DNA of 64,000 nucleotides from an uncultured Gemmatimonadota bacterium (GTDB lineage Bacteria > Gemmatimonadota > Gemmatimonadetes > Palauibacterales > Palauibacteraceae). The notes beneath the pieces are model-generated. The model was not told the DNA's origin and searched no databases. It saw nothing but the letters and a program-made list of their open reading frames with translations. Location: assembly GCA_913043255.1 (NCBI GenBank), contig CAJWLK010000001.1, positions 407,045 to 471,044 of the forward strand, given 5' to 3'. The translations under genes were made by a program, and so were the position numbers. Positions 1-11,786 of this stretch are shown piece by piece (position 1 is the stretch's first letter; each line of letters starts with the position of its first letter).

Positions 1-1343
1 TTTCTTGGACAGGCGACTCACGATCAATCGTCTACCAGACAATTGATGGGCTTCGTCGTGTATGGCTCGATAATGGTCGCATTGACGAGATCCCGCTGGA
101 CTTATCGTGGCAGCGGACCACGAAGGAGAGTTCAGTCGTTGTCCACGCGGCACGTGTGTGGGACGGAGAGTCTGACGACATCGACCAAAATGTCGATCTA
201 ATAATTAAGGGGAACCGGATTCAGTCTATCGTGCCACATAATGAATCGAACCATGTGGGTGAGGTGGTCGATGCGAAGAACCAAACGGTGATTCCGGGAC
301 TTGTTGATATGCACGCACATCTGGGCTATGGCATAGGGGAAGCCTTAGGTAGAGTCTTTCTCGCCTATGGTGTCACGACGATCCGCGACCCCTCATCAGA
401 CTCCTATGAGATCCGTGAGCGTCGTGAGGCCGTTGAAGCTGGGCGACGCATTGGTCCGCGCGAGTTCGCGACGGGACGAATAATGGATGGGTCTCGAATC
501 TACTATAGTATCGCCTCCTCACTCGGGCCGAACGGACATCTTGAACTCGAGCTCGATCGTGCGGAGAAGCTCAACTATTCGCTTATCAAAACATATGTTC
601 GGCTCCCAGATCTCATGCAGCATCGCATTATCAATTTTGCGCATTCAATCGGGATCCCAGTCTCAAGTCACGAGATTTATCCATCGGTCGCGCATGGAGC
701 GGACCACGTCGAGCATATTTCTGGGACAAGTCGCCGTGGGTACTCTCCAAAAGTGACCGCTATGTACCGAACCTACGAAGACGTGATCTCGCTCCTGACG
801 GCCTCTGGGATGACCATCACCCCAACTATGGCGCTCATGGGTGGGTGGTGGAAGGTGGTCGGAGAGGATCCGAATTGGATTAATGATAGGCGATTTACAA
901 CCCTGTTTCCCGCCGCAATGATCGAACAGATGCGAACGCGGGCAAGGTCGCGGGGACGAACAACCGGTATGGATTCAATGCTCGCATCTGCCGGTGAAAC
1001 CGTAACACGTATCGTCCGGGGCGGCGGCCGCGTCGTAGCCGGAACGGACTCACCTATCATTCCTTACGGGGCGGCGCTCGTCGCTGAAGTCGAAAATTAT
1101 GTATGGGGTGGACTCACTGAGGTAGAGGCACTGAAGACGGCGACATCGGTACCCGCTGCAGCGCTTGCGATGGAGGGGGAGATCGGCACTCTCCGCGGCG
1201 GTGCGTTGGCCGATATGCTGATCGTCGACGGCAACCCACTCCAAAACATCTCCGATCTCCGCCGGGCACGTATCGTGATTAAGGGTGGCGAAGTGTTTTC
1301 AATTGAAGAACTAATGTCGCCGCCTAGAGCACTAATACCCTAA
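1..1343 (+). CDS. Amidohydrolase-family metal-dependent hydrolase, 5'-partial. The frame is open from the window start, so the listed ORF at 156 is not the true start.
   Basis: HxH-type metal motif (VIPGLVDMHAHLGYG) and amidohydrolase-like C-terminal region; no stop codon upstream of 156 in frame. Confidence 0.75.
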   Translation, partial: SWTGDSRSIVYQTIDGLRRVWLDNGRIDEIPLDLSWQRTTKESSVVVHAARVWDGESDDIDQNVDLIIKGNRIQSIVPHNESNHVGEVVDAKNQTVIPGLVDMHAHLGYGIGEALGRVFLAYGVTTIRDPSSDSYEIRERREAVEAGRRIGPREFATGRIMDGSRIYYSIASSLGPNGHLELELDRAEKLNYSLIKTYVRLPDLMQHRIINFAHSIGIPVSSHEIYPSVAHGADHVEHISGTSRRGYSPKVTAMYRTYEDVISLLTASGMTITPTMALMGGWWKVVGEDPNWINDRRFTTLFPAAMIEQMRTRARSRGRTTGMDSMLASAGETVTRIVRGGGRVVAGTDSPIIPYGAALVAEVENYVWGGLTEVEALKTATSVPAAALAMEGEIGTLRGGALADMLIVDGNPLQNISDLRRARIVIKGGEVFSIEELMSPPRALIP

Positions 1344-1423
1344 GTGTATCGGTAGAAGTCCTAGAAATTGTTGGCGACTCGGTCCGGCGGCTCAAGGATG
1401 ACGGTTGGTAATCTGCTGGGAAA

Positions 1424-3082
1424 TTAGAATGCGACCGGCTCCTTAAACCGCCCATATACACGCTCTAGTACAATACGAATTTCGCCAAGTGTCGCATAAG
1501 CTCGCACGGCGTCGAGTAACGGAGGCATAAGGTTTTCATCCGCACATGCCGCAGTTTCAAGCCGCTCAAGCGTCTCTTCTACCGTCCCCGCATCCCTACT
1601 CGACCGAAGTTCGGTTAGCCTCTTCTCCTGACTCTCCGCTGCTTCCTCTCCAATTCTGAGAATTTCGATCGGGGACTCCTCATCATCGATAAAGCGATTG
1701 ACACCAACAATGGTTTGTAACCCTTGTTCAATTTCATCCTGCGAACGGCGGGCGGAAGCAGCGATCTGTGCCTGGAAGTATCCGCCTTCGATACCCGGCA
1801 CGACGCCTCCTATCTCATCGATATCGCCAAAAATAGCTTCGGCTTCGGCTTCGAGGGCATCGGTAAGCGACTCCACGTAATAAGATCCTGCAAGCGGGTC
1901 AATCGTATTCGTCACACCGGTTTCATACGCCAAGATCTGCTGAGTGCGTAGTGCAATTTTCGCGGCCTCTTCGGTTGGTAGGGCCAGCGTTTCGTCCATC
2001 GCATTTGTGTGAAGCGATTGAGTTCCTCCCAGCACAGCTGCCATCGCCTGGTAGGACGCTCGCACAATATTATTGTGTGGCTGCTGAGCTGTTAGCGAAA
2101 CGCCTGCGGTCTGGACATGCGTGCGAAGCTGCAGGCTCTTGGGATTCCTGGCCCCATACACATCACGCATGTGACGCGCCCAAATGCGTCGTGCGGCACG
2201 AAGCTTGGCAATCTCCTCGAAAAAATCATTATGGACATCCCAAAAGAATGAAAGCCGCGGAGCAAAGCTATCTACCTCGAGGCCACGTTCAATCCCCGAT
2301 TCGACATACGTGAACCCGTTCTTCAGGGTATACGCCAGCTCCTGCCCGGCGGTCGCTCCAGCTTCCCGGATGTGATAGCCCGAGATCGAGATTGTATGGA
2401 ACTTTTGGGCATTCGATGACGACCACTCGAAAATGTCCGTGATCACCTTCAGAGCAGGCTCAGGTGGAAAGATCCACGCATGTTGAGCCTGGTACTCCTT
2501 CAAGATGTCATTCTGGATCGTGCCGCGGAGCTGATCGAACGGCACGCCCTGCTTTTCTGCGGTTATAAGCAGGAAGGCGTAGAGCATGAGAGCCGGCCCA
2601 TTAATAGTCATGGACACAGACACCTGATCGAGTGGAATCCCATCGAATAGGGCCTCCATATCCGCGAGGCTCGAAATAGCCACTCCGCACTTCCCGACTT
2701 CACCTTCCGAGCGTGGGTCGTCCGAATCATATCCCATGAGTGTGGGAAAATCGAAAGCGACTGAAAGTCCGGTCTGGCCTCGCTCGAGCAAGTACTTATA
2801 GCGCTCGTTTGTCTCGTGGGCCGTCGCAAAACCCGAGAACAACCGCATCGTCCACAGCCTCGTGCGGTACATCGAATGATATGGGCCTCGTGTATAGGGG
2901 AATTCCCCAGGCAGCCCTATGTCATCAAGATAACGTGACCCGTCAAAATCTAGTGGAGTATAAAGCGGTTCAATGTCGCGACCAGAGATGCTTCGAAAGC
3001 TCGCGTCCTCTCGCTCAGGGGTTTGCCGAAGCACGGCCCCCCAGAGTTCGAGTTGGTCACTAAGATTCCCCTTGTCAGTCAT
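1424..3082 (-). CDS. Methylmalonyl-CoA mutase family, catalytic (TIM-barrel) subunit only; no B12-binding domain.
   Basis: 552 aa with strong mutase-like conservation ending at the end of the barrel domain; MeaB is encoded immediately upstream. Confidence 0.85.
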   Translation of the reverse strand: MTDKGNLSDQLELWGAVLRQTPEREDASFRSISGRDIEPLYTPLDFDGSRYLDDIGLPGEFPYTRGPYHSMYRTRLWTMRLFSGFATAHETNERYKYLLERGQTGLSVAFDFPTLMGYDSDDPRSEGEVGKCGVAISSLADMEALFDGIPLDQVSVSMTINGPALMLYAFLLITAEKQGVPFDQLRGTIQNDILKEYQAQHAWIFPPEPALKVITDIFEWSSSNAQKFHTISISGYHIREAGATAGQELAYTLKNGFTYVESGIERGLEVDSFAPRLSFFWDVHNDFFEEIAKLRAARRIWARHMRDVYGARNPKSLQLRTHVQTAGVSLTAQQPHNNIVRASYQAMAAVLGGTQSLHTNAMDETLALPTEEAAKIALRTQQILAYETGVTNTIDPLAGSYYVESLTDALEAEAEAIFGDIDEIGGVVPGIEGGYFQAQIAASARRSQDEIEQGLQTIVGVNRFIDDEESPIEILRIGEEAAESQEKRLTELRSSRDAGTVEETLERLETAACADENLMPPLLDAVRAYATLGEIRIVLERVYGRFKEPVAF

Positions 3083-3238
3083 GAAAAACCTCGTTTTCCA
3101 CTACGATTCAAAGCTGCAATAAGCCTAATCTAGTCTACTCTGAGATCCAACACCCCTCTATCACAAGATCGGCACACCAATAGCCTATTGCTAATGGCCA
3201 CACCTAATCTCACCCAAGCATCCTACCCTCGCTTGCTA

Positions 3239-4210
3239 CTACGACCTATCTCCACCCTTCCACTTGTCGTAGAGCCTTTGTGCGATTGAATAGGGGGATT
3301 CTTCGATGGATTCTTCGATGGATGGCGCCGTTCGCCATACTTTTTCCGCGTCACGCTTCGTTCGCCTTAGGAGCGCATCATGTGCCCGACGAAGTCGACA
3401 CTCAGCGCGTCGGGGTTCTAGCAACCCTGATTCATTAAGCCAGTTGAAGTGGTTGTCGAGTCCGTTTGCAAGTTCCTCTATTCCACTTTCCTCAAGTCCG
3501 ATCGTCTGCAAGATGGGGATCCGCCAACCGTCTTTACTCGCCGGCGCAGTAGTGTCAGCACGAACTGACATGATGATCGCAAGCTCTTTCTCAAGCCGGT
3601 CAGCGCCGGGGCGGTCCGCTTTATTTACCACAAAAAGATCCGCCACCTCCATGAGTCCTGCCTTCATCGCCTGAACCCCATCTCCAGATTCTGGAACAAG
3701 TACAACCGCCGTCGTATCGGCGGACGACGCTATATCTAGTTCGGACTGACCCACTCCGAGCGTCTCAATGACAATTCGATCGTAACCTGCTGCATCCATG
3801 AGATCAGAAGCTTCTCGCGTCGTCGTTGAGAGACCTCCTAGTGAACCACGACTCGCCATAGATCGAATGAACACACCTTCCTCGCTGGCCAATTCATTCA
3901 TCCGGATACGGTCTCCGAGCAGCGCACCCCCCGTAAATGGGCTTGTGGGATCCACTGCAATAATGCCCACGGTGAGCGACTGTTGGAGATAGTGACGTGT
4001 CAAAGCAGCTGTGAGTGTAGACTTTCCCGCACCCGGGGGACCCGTAATGCCGATTCGGCGTGCACGACCGATACGGTCATCTAGATGATCAAGCAGATCT
4101 TCAAATCCGTCTCTTTCATCTTCGACATATGAGATAGCACGGGCGAGCGCTCGCGGTTCACCGGCCACGATACGTTCACTAAGATCCATCACGTTGAGCC
4201 TTGGGCTCAT
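3239..4210 (-). CDS. meaB: Methylmalonyl-CoA-mutase-associated GTPase MeaB/ArgK
   Basis: P-loop GITGPPGAGKST, NKAD motif and typical MeaB length; 4-nt overlap with mgtE. Confidence 0.88.
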   Translation of the reverse strand: MSPRLNVMDLSERIVAGEPRALARAISYVEDERDGFEDLLDHLDDRIGRARRIGITGPPGAGKSTLTAALTRHYLQQSLTVGIIAVDPTSPFTGGALLGDRIRMNELASEEGVFIRSMASRGSLGGLSTTTREASDLMDAAGYDRIVIETLGVGQSELDIASSADTTAVVLVPESGDGVQAMKAGLMEVADLFVVNKADRPGADRLEKELAIIMSVRADTTAPASKDGWRIPILQTIGLEESGIEELANGLDNHFNWLNESGLLEPRRAECRLRRAHDALLRRTKRDAEKVWRTAPSIEESIEESPYSIAQRLYDKWKGGDRS

Positions 4211-5571
4211 AGAAGAAACGCGCTCGCTAGCCCAAGAAGCAAAAGAAAACCGAACAGATCTGTGAAAGTCGTAACAAAGATCGATGAAGCAACCGCCGGA
4301 TCTGTCCCAATGCGTTCGAGAACGATGGGAAAGAACGCACCGAGGGTGGATGCGACTATGAGGTTACCCCACATCGCGATCATTACGACAATTCCAAACG
4401 CAGGGTCGGTACCGGGAATCAACGATGCGGCAACAGCTATGAGTCCTCCGATCACCAACCCGTTTACGAGCCCAACTACAAGCTCTTTACCAACGGCTGA
4501 CCACCGTTCAGTCTGCGTTTCATCCGACAGCGCAATGCGCCTAATGGTCACGGCGAGCGCTTGTGTGCCAGCGTTTCCACCCAAACCCGCCACTACCGGC
4601 ATCACTGCGGCAAGCATAACGAGCTGTTCGATTGTATCTCGATAGGCCCAAACGACAAGTGCGGCGACCGAAAGTGTAAGCGAATTCACGATCAGCCATG
4701 GCAGGCGACTTCGGATTGCACCTAAGGTAGTTCCTCGAAGCTGTTCTTCATCTGATACAGAGGCGAACCGGAGAATGTCTTCTGTCGTTTCTGCTTCGAC
4801 AACATCAATGACATCATCAAATGTGATACTACCCACAAGCTTACCACTGTCATCTACGACTCCAATCGACGCCAGATTGTAGCGCGAGAGAATCTTACCA
4901 ACTTCTTCCTGGTCCATATCCACAGGAACGACGGCCACCGGTTGTTCTAACATGTCCAGGATTAGCGTCGTGGGAGCTGCGAGGACCAAGTCACGAAGCG
5001 TTACAACACCTTTTAATCGATCGCGATTGTCCACCACAAAGACCGTATATAAATCTTCACGATCGTTAGCGTGCTCACGTAAACTCTCGATCGTTTCATG
5101 AGCGGTGTCTTGGGCTCGGACCACAACCATCTCGCGCGTCATGATCCCACCTGCTGACTCTTCAGGATATTCGAGCAACTCGCGGATCTCTTCGGAGGCG
5201 GGGACTGAGTCGAGGATTCGTTCTTGTTCATCCGGCTCTAGATCGCCGATGAGGTCAGCCGCATCATCGTCGGCCAATTCTTCAACGAGTTCAGCGATTC
5301 TAGCCGGCTCCATTTGAGCAAGAAGCTCCGCCGGGTGCTCTTCCTCCTCCATCTCAGCAAGTGCTTCTGATGCAAGAGGCGCCGGGACAATTTCCAACAA
5401 AGTCAGTCGCTCTTCAGCGTCTAAATGCTCGACGAGATCTGCAAGATCGCTGGGGTGTAGTGGTTCGACGAACGCAATAACAGGCTCTGCCGTTCTTTGG
5501 GCCAGCAGCCGTCGAATCTCGCTGATCGCTTCGCGAAGTTCCTGTTTGGAAGTTTCGGACATGACTTTCAC
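4207..5571 (-). CDS. mgtE: Magnesium transporter MgtE
   Basis: Acidic N-terminal domain, tandem CBS domains and a C-terminal MgtE membrane domain. Confidence 0.88.
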   Translation of the reverse strand: MKVMSETSKQELREAISEIRRLLAQRTAEPVIAFVEPLHPSDLADLVEHLDAEERLTLLEIVPAPLASEALAEMEEEEHPAELLAQMEPARIAELVEELADDDAADLIGDLEPDEQERILDSVPASEEIRELLEYPEESAGGIMTREMVVVRAQDTAHETIESLREHANDREDLYTVFVVDNRDRLKGVVTLRDLVLAAPTTLILDMLEQPVAVVPVDMDQEEVGKILSRYNLASIGVVDDSGKLVGSITFDDVIDVVEAETTEDILRFASVSDEEQLRGTTLGAIRSRLPWLIVNSLTLSVAALVVWAYRDTIEQLVMLAAVMPVVAGLGGNAGTQALAVTIRRIALSDETQTERWSAVGKELVVGLVNGLVIGGLIAVAASLIPGTDPAFGIVVMIAMWGNLIVASTLGAFFPIVLERIGTDPAVASSIFVTTFTDLFGFLLLLGLASAFLL

Positions 5572-5693
5572 GGCTCGTGAGAGCCTAGGCCTGAGCAGAC
5601 TGCGCGCTAGAAACTGAGGTGACAGTTCCGCGGCAGACCGCGTAATTCGAAGACTTCAAACTACGCGGAGGTTCGAAGAATGTCAGGCGATTG

Positions 5694-6185
5694 CTACTCC
5701 GAGAATGAGAGATCAGTCAGAATTTGCTCTTGGAGCTTGAACATCTCGCATTCATAGCGACCCTTACCCTCGGGATGTTCATAGCCCATCAAATGTAGGA
5801 CGCCATGAATCACGAGGCGTAAAATCTCTTCGGAAGGATTGATCCCTCTGAACCTCGCGTGACTCTGAGCAACTTCAGGACAAACGTACACGTCCCCTAA
5901 AAATTCAGGACTATTGTCTGTGTACACGTCATTCGAGGCGGTCGAATCCTCAAGCGAAAAGGCAAGAACATCGGTGACACGATTGATACCGTGGTATACA
6001 CGATTCAGTTCCTGAATATGATCCCGTCCGACAAGCGTAATGGAGATCTCAACCTGATCAGGAAGACCATCGGGAACAATTCCATTTTCTAGCGCTGCCC
6101 GACTGGCCGATTCCATCCACGGAATAAGATCTCCGGACGTCCCTGTAACGTCATTTACTACGATCGCCGGGATCAATCTGCTCAC
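5694..6185 (-). CDS. ybeY: rRNA maturation endoribonuclease YbeY
   Basis: HGVLHLMGYEH zinc-binding motif; ~160 aa. Confidence 0.9.
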   Translation of the reverse strand: MSRLIPAIVVNDVTGTSGDLIPWMESASRAALENGIVPDGLPDQVEISITLVGRDHIQELNRVYHGINRVTDVLAFSLEDSTASNDVYTDNSPEFLGDVYVCPEVAQSHARFRGINPSEEILRLVIHGVLHLMGYEHPEGKGRYECEMFKLQEQILTDLSFSE

Positions 6186-8641
6186 CCATCCTCGTCACTA
6201 ACGCGACCAGAGGATTCAGTTGGCGACTCTAGTTTTGGTGGTGGACCAGTATCGCCGTGTGCCGCCAAGTCAAGGTCAATCGCAATCTGTGCCTCTTCGA
6301 GATCTTCTAATACCTCAAGGGAAGAGTCAGTCCCAGCCGACCCTATCAAAGTATGGTTAGAATCCTCAATGGACCGCGAAGATAACGTGTCCGATTCGGC
6401 AATCACGGGTGTTGGATAGTCAATGCGGCGATGGTAGAGCCCCGTTAGGACATGCGCAAATTCGTTTTTTACGCGCCCCAGGTCGCGGAAGGTTAGGCCA
6501 CACTGGTCTAACTCTCCTTGTTGCGCTCGATCTGTTACGAGTCGATCAATCAAGGCTCGAATACGTTCCGGACTGGGATCGGTTAATACACGTGATGCAG
6601 ATTCTACCGCATCGGCCAACATTGCGATGGCTGTCTCTTTGCTCTGAGGCTTGGGACCGGGATATACAAAGTCATTCGGATCAAGGTCCGTAGCCCCCTC
6701 CCCTTCCGTTGCTTTTTCAAGGAAGTAGCGGATTTTTTGTGTTCCATGGTGCTCACGGATGAAGTCCTGAACGATCTCAGGCAGATGCGCCTCATCGGCA
6801 AGCCTCAATCCTTCACGAACATGTCCGCGCAGAATCTCTGCACTCTGTTGAGGTTGAAGCCGGTCATGTGGGTTAAGGCCCTTGGCCTGATTCTCGATAA
6901 AGTACTGAGGTCGCTCGAGCTTACCGATATCGTGGTAGTAGACGCCTACGCGTCCGAGGAGAGAGTTCGCATCGATTGCCTCACAGGCAGCCTCAACCAA
7001 GTTGGCCATGTTAATCGAGTGTGCGTAGGTGCCAGGGGCTTCCCGAGCCAACCGTTTGAGGAGCGGACGGTTCATATCTGCTAGTTCGAGCAACGACTGT
7101 GTCGTGGTTCGGCCGGTAAAAGTCTCCAAGATTGGAAGCACCGCACCCATAGCGATGGCTGTGCACGCCGTGGCATTAGCGAAGCCGAAAAACGCAGTTG
7201 TCGCGACTTCTCGAAAACTGTAATGCCCAGTCATGTCGAGTATCACACCGGCCACCACGTATGCCCCGCTGATAGTGGCAATCAGTATCCAACTCTGTGA
7301 CCGAGTGTGCACATGGCGCACAGTAAATGCAGCAGTCACCCCTCCAGCACCCGACAGCATCGCGACTACTAGACCATCAAACTGTGGCTGCCCAAGGAGG
7401 ATACCGGCGATAATTGCGATAACTACCAAGCCTAACAGACTGTCGAACAACGCCGCAGCGAGCAAACCTGCGAATGCGACTGGGATTAAGGCGGGAGAAC
7501 TTTCGGTACTCGCAACCACGCCCCCCACAACGAGGACAATGAAGACAAGACCAATCAGCACCGTGAAGCTACGGATGTCTTCGTAAATATCTCGGTGAAA
7601 AGTGAACGTCGCAAAAACTAAGATAGCTAGTAAACTCACCACCAATAGAACCATTCCCAACCCATACCAAACACCAGACACACCCAATGCTCCTCGCTTG
7701 ACGAGCTCGTCTGAATAGGCACGCAAACGTTGGTAATCAAGCTCTCCCACTATCTCATTTTCGGTAATGATACGTTCATCTCGCATCACGAAACCGCTTG
7801 ACGTTGGAACAGCATTTTTTCGAAATTCGCGAGCCTGACGAATCGCTTCAGCATCACGGCGAAGCGTCGGCTCCGCTAATTGGAGGAGGAGCTGGTTGAA
7901 GAGTTGAATCCCTACTTGAGAGAGGCGTCCGGTCACTCGTGCGTTTTCATTTCGATAAAATTCATCCATCCTCATGATGGTGCCAAGCTGTTCAATCCGA
8001 TCATCCGGACCCTCTCGAATCACTACACTCCCCGAGGCCATGTTTTGCACATCCCTACCTCGGATCACACCTTGCCGAAGTCCTTCAAATGCAGCCACAA
8101 TTTCGCTTCCAAGTCGGTCCCTGCGGAGCTGATCTGTGAGAAAGGCGAGTTGGTCGTCCGTGACGTAAGTAGCACCCGCTTCAGTCACGATTTCATTGAT
8201 ACCGCCTTCAACAAGCTCTTCACTTTCCGCCGGATCAAGCCCATCCTCCAAAGCTATGGCCAGCGCGGAGACTTGGATCGAATCAATGCGAGCAAAGAAG
8301 GTTTGAACACGTGCTATTGCGCTATCAGCCTGCCATGGTTCTGAGGCGAGGATAGGAAAAACACTGGACTGGGCCTCGATCTGCTCGGAAAGTAGTTGCT
8401 GTGGATTTTTGGGTACCTCAAACTCGAATTCTGCATCCACCGTCTGCCGCGCCAGATCTCCTGGCTCAATTCCGTCAAACTCTGGCACTCCAGCTCGCGG
8501 GAAAAACCACGGCACTATGACCGCTATCATTAGAATAATGAACGCACGGACACCGTGGTGAATCCACATATCTTTTGCCCCCCCCACCGGGGGCCGATAA
8601 ATAGGATACAAAGATTCACGCAGCTTACGTAAAAGACTCAT
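6182..8641 (-). CDS. 7TM receptor with intracellular HD phosphohydrolase (PgpH/YqfF-like)
   Basis: Large extracellular N-terminal region, 7 TM helices and a C-terminal HD domain (YYHDIGK); conserved phoH–yqfF–ybeY gene order. Confidence 0.85.
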   Translation of the reverse strand: MSLLRKLRESLYPIYRPPVGGAKDMWIHHGVRAFIILMIAVIVPWFFPRAGVPEFDGIEPGDLARQTVDAEFEFEVPKNPQQLLSEQIEAQSSVFPILASEPWQADSAIARVQTFFARIDSIQVSALAIALEDGLDPAESEELVEGGINEIVTEAGATYVTDDQLAFLTDQLRRDRLGSEIVAAFEGLRQGVIRGRDVQNMASGSVVIREGPDDRIEQLGTIMRMDEFYRNENARVTGRLSQVGIQLFNQLLLQLAEPTLRRDAEAIRQAREFRKNAVPTSSGFVMRDERIITENEIVGELDYQRLRAYSDELVKRGALGVSGVWYGLGMVLLVVSLLAILVFATFTFHRDIYEDIRSFTVLIGLVFIVLVVGGVVASTESSPALIPVAFAGLLAAALFDSLLGLVVIAIIAGILLGQPQFDGLVVAMLSGAGGVTAAFTVRHVHTRSQSWILIATISGAYVVAGVILDMTGHYSFREVATTAFFGFANATACTAIAMGAVLPILETFTGRTTTQSLLELADMNRPLLKRLAREAPGTYAHSINMANLVEAACEAIDANSLLGRVGVYYHDIGKLERPQYFIENQAKGLNPHDRLQPQQSAEILRGHVREGLRLADEAHLPEIVQDFIREHHGTQKIRYFLEKATEGEGATDLDPNDFVYPGPKPQSKETAIAMLADAVESASRVLTDPSPERIRALIDRLVTDRAQQGELDQCGLTFRDLGRVKNEFAHVLTGLYHRRIDYPTPVIAESDTLSSRSIEDSNHTLIGSAGTDSSLEVLEDLEEAQIAIDLDLAAHGDTGPPPKLESPTESSGRVSDEDG

Positions 8642-9699
8642 CTGTCTGAATCCCTATACGCTCGAATAATCTCTTTCACTAACTGGTGTCGAACTACATC
8701 AGCTTCATCCAAGTAAACAAACTCAATACCATTCACACCCGAAAGAATGCTTTCTATCTCAAGCAGTCCCGATTTTTCAGGCTGTGGAAGATCAATCTGA
8801 GTTTTGTCTCCGGTAATCACCGTCTTCGAATTAGGACCCAATCGCGTCAAAAACATCTTCATCTGCGCAGTAGTAGCGTTTTGTGCCTCGTCGAATATTA
8901 GAAACGCATCCGACAAAGTCCGTCCGCGCATATATGCGAGTGGTGCTACCTCGATCACAGCGTCTCCAATGGCTTTGCGGACTCGTTCCGGCGGCATCAT
9001 ATCTTCAAGTGCGTCATAAAGTGGTCGCAGGTAGGGATCAACCTTTTCTTGCATATCCCCAGGAAGGAAGCCGAGCGTTTCACCTGCTTCCACTGCAGGG
9101 CGTGTCAGAATGATCCGACGGACGCGGTTCCTGTTTAAAGCCTCTACGGCAGCGGCTACTGCCACATAAGTTTTACCCGTACCCGCAGGTCCAATACCAA
9201 CCACAATATCATGCGTTCGAATGGCTCCGAGATACTGATCCTGTCCTGGAGATTTGGGACGGATTGCACGCTTAGCACCGGCAAGAGCCACCTCAGATTG
9301 TCTTTCATTTTCATCAGAGGAGAGATCTTCAAAAGTTTGATCCGGAGCCATCTTGAGGAATCGCTGAACATCTACAGCATCGAACTGTCGCCTCATGCGA
9401 GCATACCTGATCATCCGCAATGCCGCCCGTGACGCAACGTCAACGTCCATCGCACGACCTGAAAGGATGAGTGTCTCACGGCGAAGGACTACACGGATGT
9501 CACACTGGCGAGCTAGTGTCGTGAAGTTCAAATCATTCACGCCGGCCAGAAGCTGTTGGTCTGCACCATCGATTGACAGATGGCGCTCGATCTCATCTGG
9601 TGTGTTGACGTTCAGATTTTGTTCTGGCGTGGCGCTAATACGTTCTCTCCCATTTCCCCATCTGCTGGGTAGCCCCTCCCAGAGGGATTTTACTCCCAA
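8638..9699 (-). CDS. phoH: PhoH-family ATPase (YbeZ-like)
   Basis: Walker [14 protein letters not shown] and PhoH-like C-terminal region. Confidence 0.88.
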   Translation of the reverse strand: MGVKSLWEGLPSRWGNGRERISATPEQNLNVNTPDEIERHLSIDGADQQLLAGVNDLNFTTLARQCDIRVVLRRETLILSGRAMDVDVASRAALRMIRYARMRRQFDAVDVQRFLKMAPDQTFEDLSSDENERQSEVALAGAKRAIRPKSPGQDQYLGAIRTHDIVVGIGPAGTGKTYVAVAAAVEALNRNRVRRIILTRPAVEAGETLGFLPGDMQEKVDPYLRPLYDALEDMMPPERVRKAIGDAVIEVAPLAYMRGRTLSDAFLIFDEAQNATTAQMKMFLTRLGPNSKTVITGDKTQIDLPQPEKSGLLEIESILSGVNGIEFVYLDEADVVRHQLVKEIIRAYRDSDR

Positions 9700-9711
9700 A
9701 TATGTCTTAGA

Positions 9712-11520
9712 CTAATCTAGTGATATCCCCAACTCAGCGAGTTCGGATGGATCCACTTCTGAAGGAGACTGCTCGAGCAATCCCCTTGCCGCTGCCGTCT
9801 TCGGGAACGCAATAACATCCCTGATTGACGGCGATCCAACCATAACAGCGATCAGCCTATCTAATCCAACTGCAAACCCCCCGTGCGGTGGAACCCCATA
9901 TCGAAAGGCCTCCAGTAGAAAGCCAAAACGAGCTTCGATTTCTTCATCAGAAAGACCAGTAGCCGCTAAGATGGCACGCTGAACCTCAGGAAAATGGCAC
10001 CTTATGCTTCCACTCGCGAACTCCATTCCATTGTATACGATATCGTATGCGCGAGCCGTGACCGAGAAGGGGTCTTCATGGATTAGCTTGGGATCGGGGT
10101 CGACAGGCATCGTGAAGGCATGTTGAGCGTGTACCGGAAGACCAGTTTCAGGGTCTTTATGAAAAAGCGGGAATTCTGTAATCCACAACCATCGGTCCTG
10201 ATCCTCATCGATTGCGTCGAGTTCTCGTGCAACTCTTCGACGAATCAAATCAAGTGCGGGCGCAGTCTCCTCATCACGTCCAGCAACAAGGAAGACCAAA
10301 TCTCCTTCTTCCACACCGTGAGTTCCTTCGAGCTCAGCCGAAGTTTCCTCCCCAACTACTTTTGCAAGTGGCCCAGACCAACCAGACTCAGCCCGCTTGA
10401 GCCAAATCACTCCTTTTGCGCCAACCTCTTGAGCTAACTCATCGTAGTGATTAATTCGAGATCGTGATAAAACCGTTCCTCCTTTAACCACGATGCCTCG
10501 CACTCGACCATCCGCTGCAACTACCGCATCAAAAATCCCAAACCCAATATCCGTCAGAGTATGGGTAAAATCGCTGAGTTCCCATGAAATTCGCAGATCG
10601 GGTTTATCCGTCCCGAAACGCTCGAGTGCCTCCGCATACGGCAAACGCTCAAAGGGTGCGCTGACACTCGAACCAAGACCGTCATGCCAAATTCGTTGAA
10701 GCATAGTTTCCGCGACTTTGAAGACGTCATCTTGATCGACAAAAGCCATCTCTACGTCGATCTGGGTGAACTCGGGCTGTCGGTCAGCCCGAAGATCCTC
10801 ATCTCGCAAGCATTTAGCGATCTGAAAATAGCGGTCGAACCCGCCACATATCAGTAGTTGTTTGTAAAGTTGGGGTGATTGGGGAAGTGCGTAGAATCGC
10901 CTGTTATGCGTACGGCTCGGCACAAGATAGTCACGTGCACCTTCCGGCGTTTGACGCGTGAGCATTGGCGTCTCGATCTCGACAAACCCTTGCTCTGCAA
11001 GCGAAGCACGTGTAGCGCTAGTCGCCAAGTGACGCATTCTCAGATTGTGTTGCATTTCAGGTCGACGAAGATCTAGTACGCGGTGTCGCAAGCGTAGTTC
11101 TTCGGAAGGCAAATCTTCATCAGGTGGTTGGTAAACGAGGATAGGAAGCGGATCGGACACCGCCAACCGTTCGAGCGTGTCGACCTGAATCTCCACCTCA
11201 CCCGTCAACATTTCCAGATTGGGGTCCGGCCGCTGACAAACAATGCCGGTCGCCCGAATCACATCCTCTGGATTGAGTTGCTCTACAAGATCAAGCACCG
11301 CCTGGTCTGACCATTCAGGCCCGAACGAAAGCTGCAGTATTCCAGTCCGATCTCGAAGATCGACGAAGAAAAGGCCTCCAAGATCACGACGTCGGTGAAC
11401 CCAACCACTGACGCTAACCTCACGCTCTATCCATGACGCATTTAGCTGTCCACATCCAGCGTCCCGATATGCGGTCCGAAGGTCTACCGTCTCGCGCTTT
11501 TCTTGTGACCGACTGGGCAT
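9712..11520 (-). CDS. aspS: Aspartate--tRNA ligase
   Basis: Class II aaRS motifs, N-terminal OB anticodon-binding domain (FFVDLRDRTGILQ), 602 aa. Confidence 0.93.
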   Translation of the reverse strand: MPSRSQEKRETVDLRTAYRDAGCGQLNASWIEREVSVSGWVHRRRDLGGLFFVDLRDRTGILQLSFGPEWSDQAVLDLVEQLNPEDVIRATGIVCQRPDPNLEMLTGEVEIQVDTLERLAVSDPLPILVYQPPDEDLPSEELRLRHRVLDLRRPEMQHNLRMRHLATSATRASLAEQGFVEIETPMLTRQTPEGARDYLVPSRTHNRRFYALPQSPQLYKQLLICGGFDRYFQIAKCLRDEDLRADRQPEFTQIDVEMAFVDQDDVFKVAETMLQRIWHDGLGSSVSAPFERLPYAEALERFGTDKPDLRISWELSDFTHTLTDIGFGIFDAVVAADGRVRGIVVKGGTVLSRSRINHYDELAQEVGAKGVIWLKRAESGWSGPLAKVVGEETSAELEGTHGVEEGDLVFLVAGRDEETAPALDLIRRRVARELDAIDEDQDRWLWITEFPLFHKDPETGLPVHAQHAFTMPVDPDPKLIHEDPFSVTARAYDIVYNGMEFASGSIRCHFPEVQRAILAATGLSDEEIEARFGFLLEAFRYGVPPHGGFAVGLDRLIAVMVGSPSIRDVIAFPKTAAARGLLEQSPSEVDPSELAELGISLD

Positions 11521-11786
11521 CTAGTTAGCAGCCTCCAATGGCTTATTCATCTTCACCTACTAGAAAGGCCTCAGGAGTTCGACCGGCGCAAACAAATCCG
11601 TTAGAAGGAATCGTGGTACGGGAGATCACTGCGTTCGAGAAGGTGGGCACCCTTCCCTCCAGCCTCACCTGAGTGTAGAACAGGCCTAAAGATAGTGGGT
11701 TTCGCACAAAGGCAGCAAGCGTCTCTAGATGGGAATAACGGTTAAAAGATGACTAAAGAAGGATTGACAAAGGTGCCGGATCGCTT

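Noticed and set aside
5572-5693. Possible M-box (Mg2+) riboswitch upstream of mgtE
   Set aside because: The region has nested hairpins (CCGCGTA...TACGCGG; GGCTC-N4-GAGCC) but none of the conserved M-box sequence blocks I can recall. mgtE also appears to be co-transcribed with ybeY.
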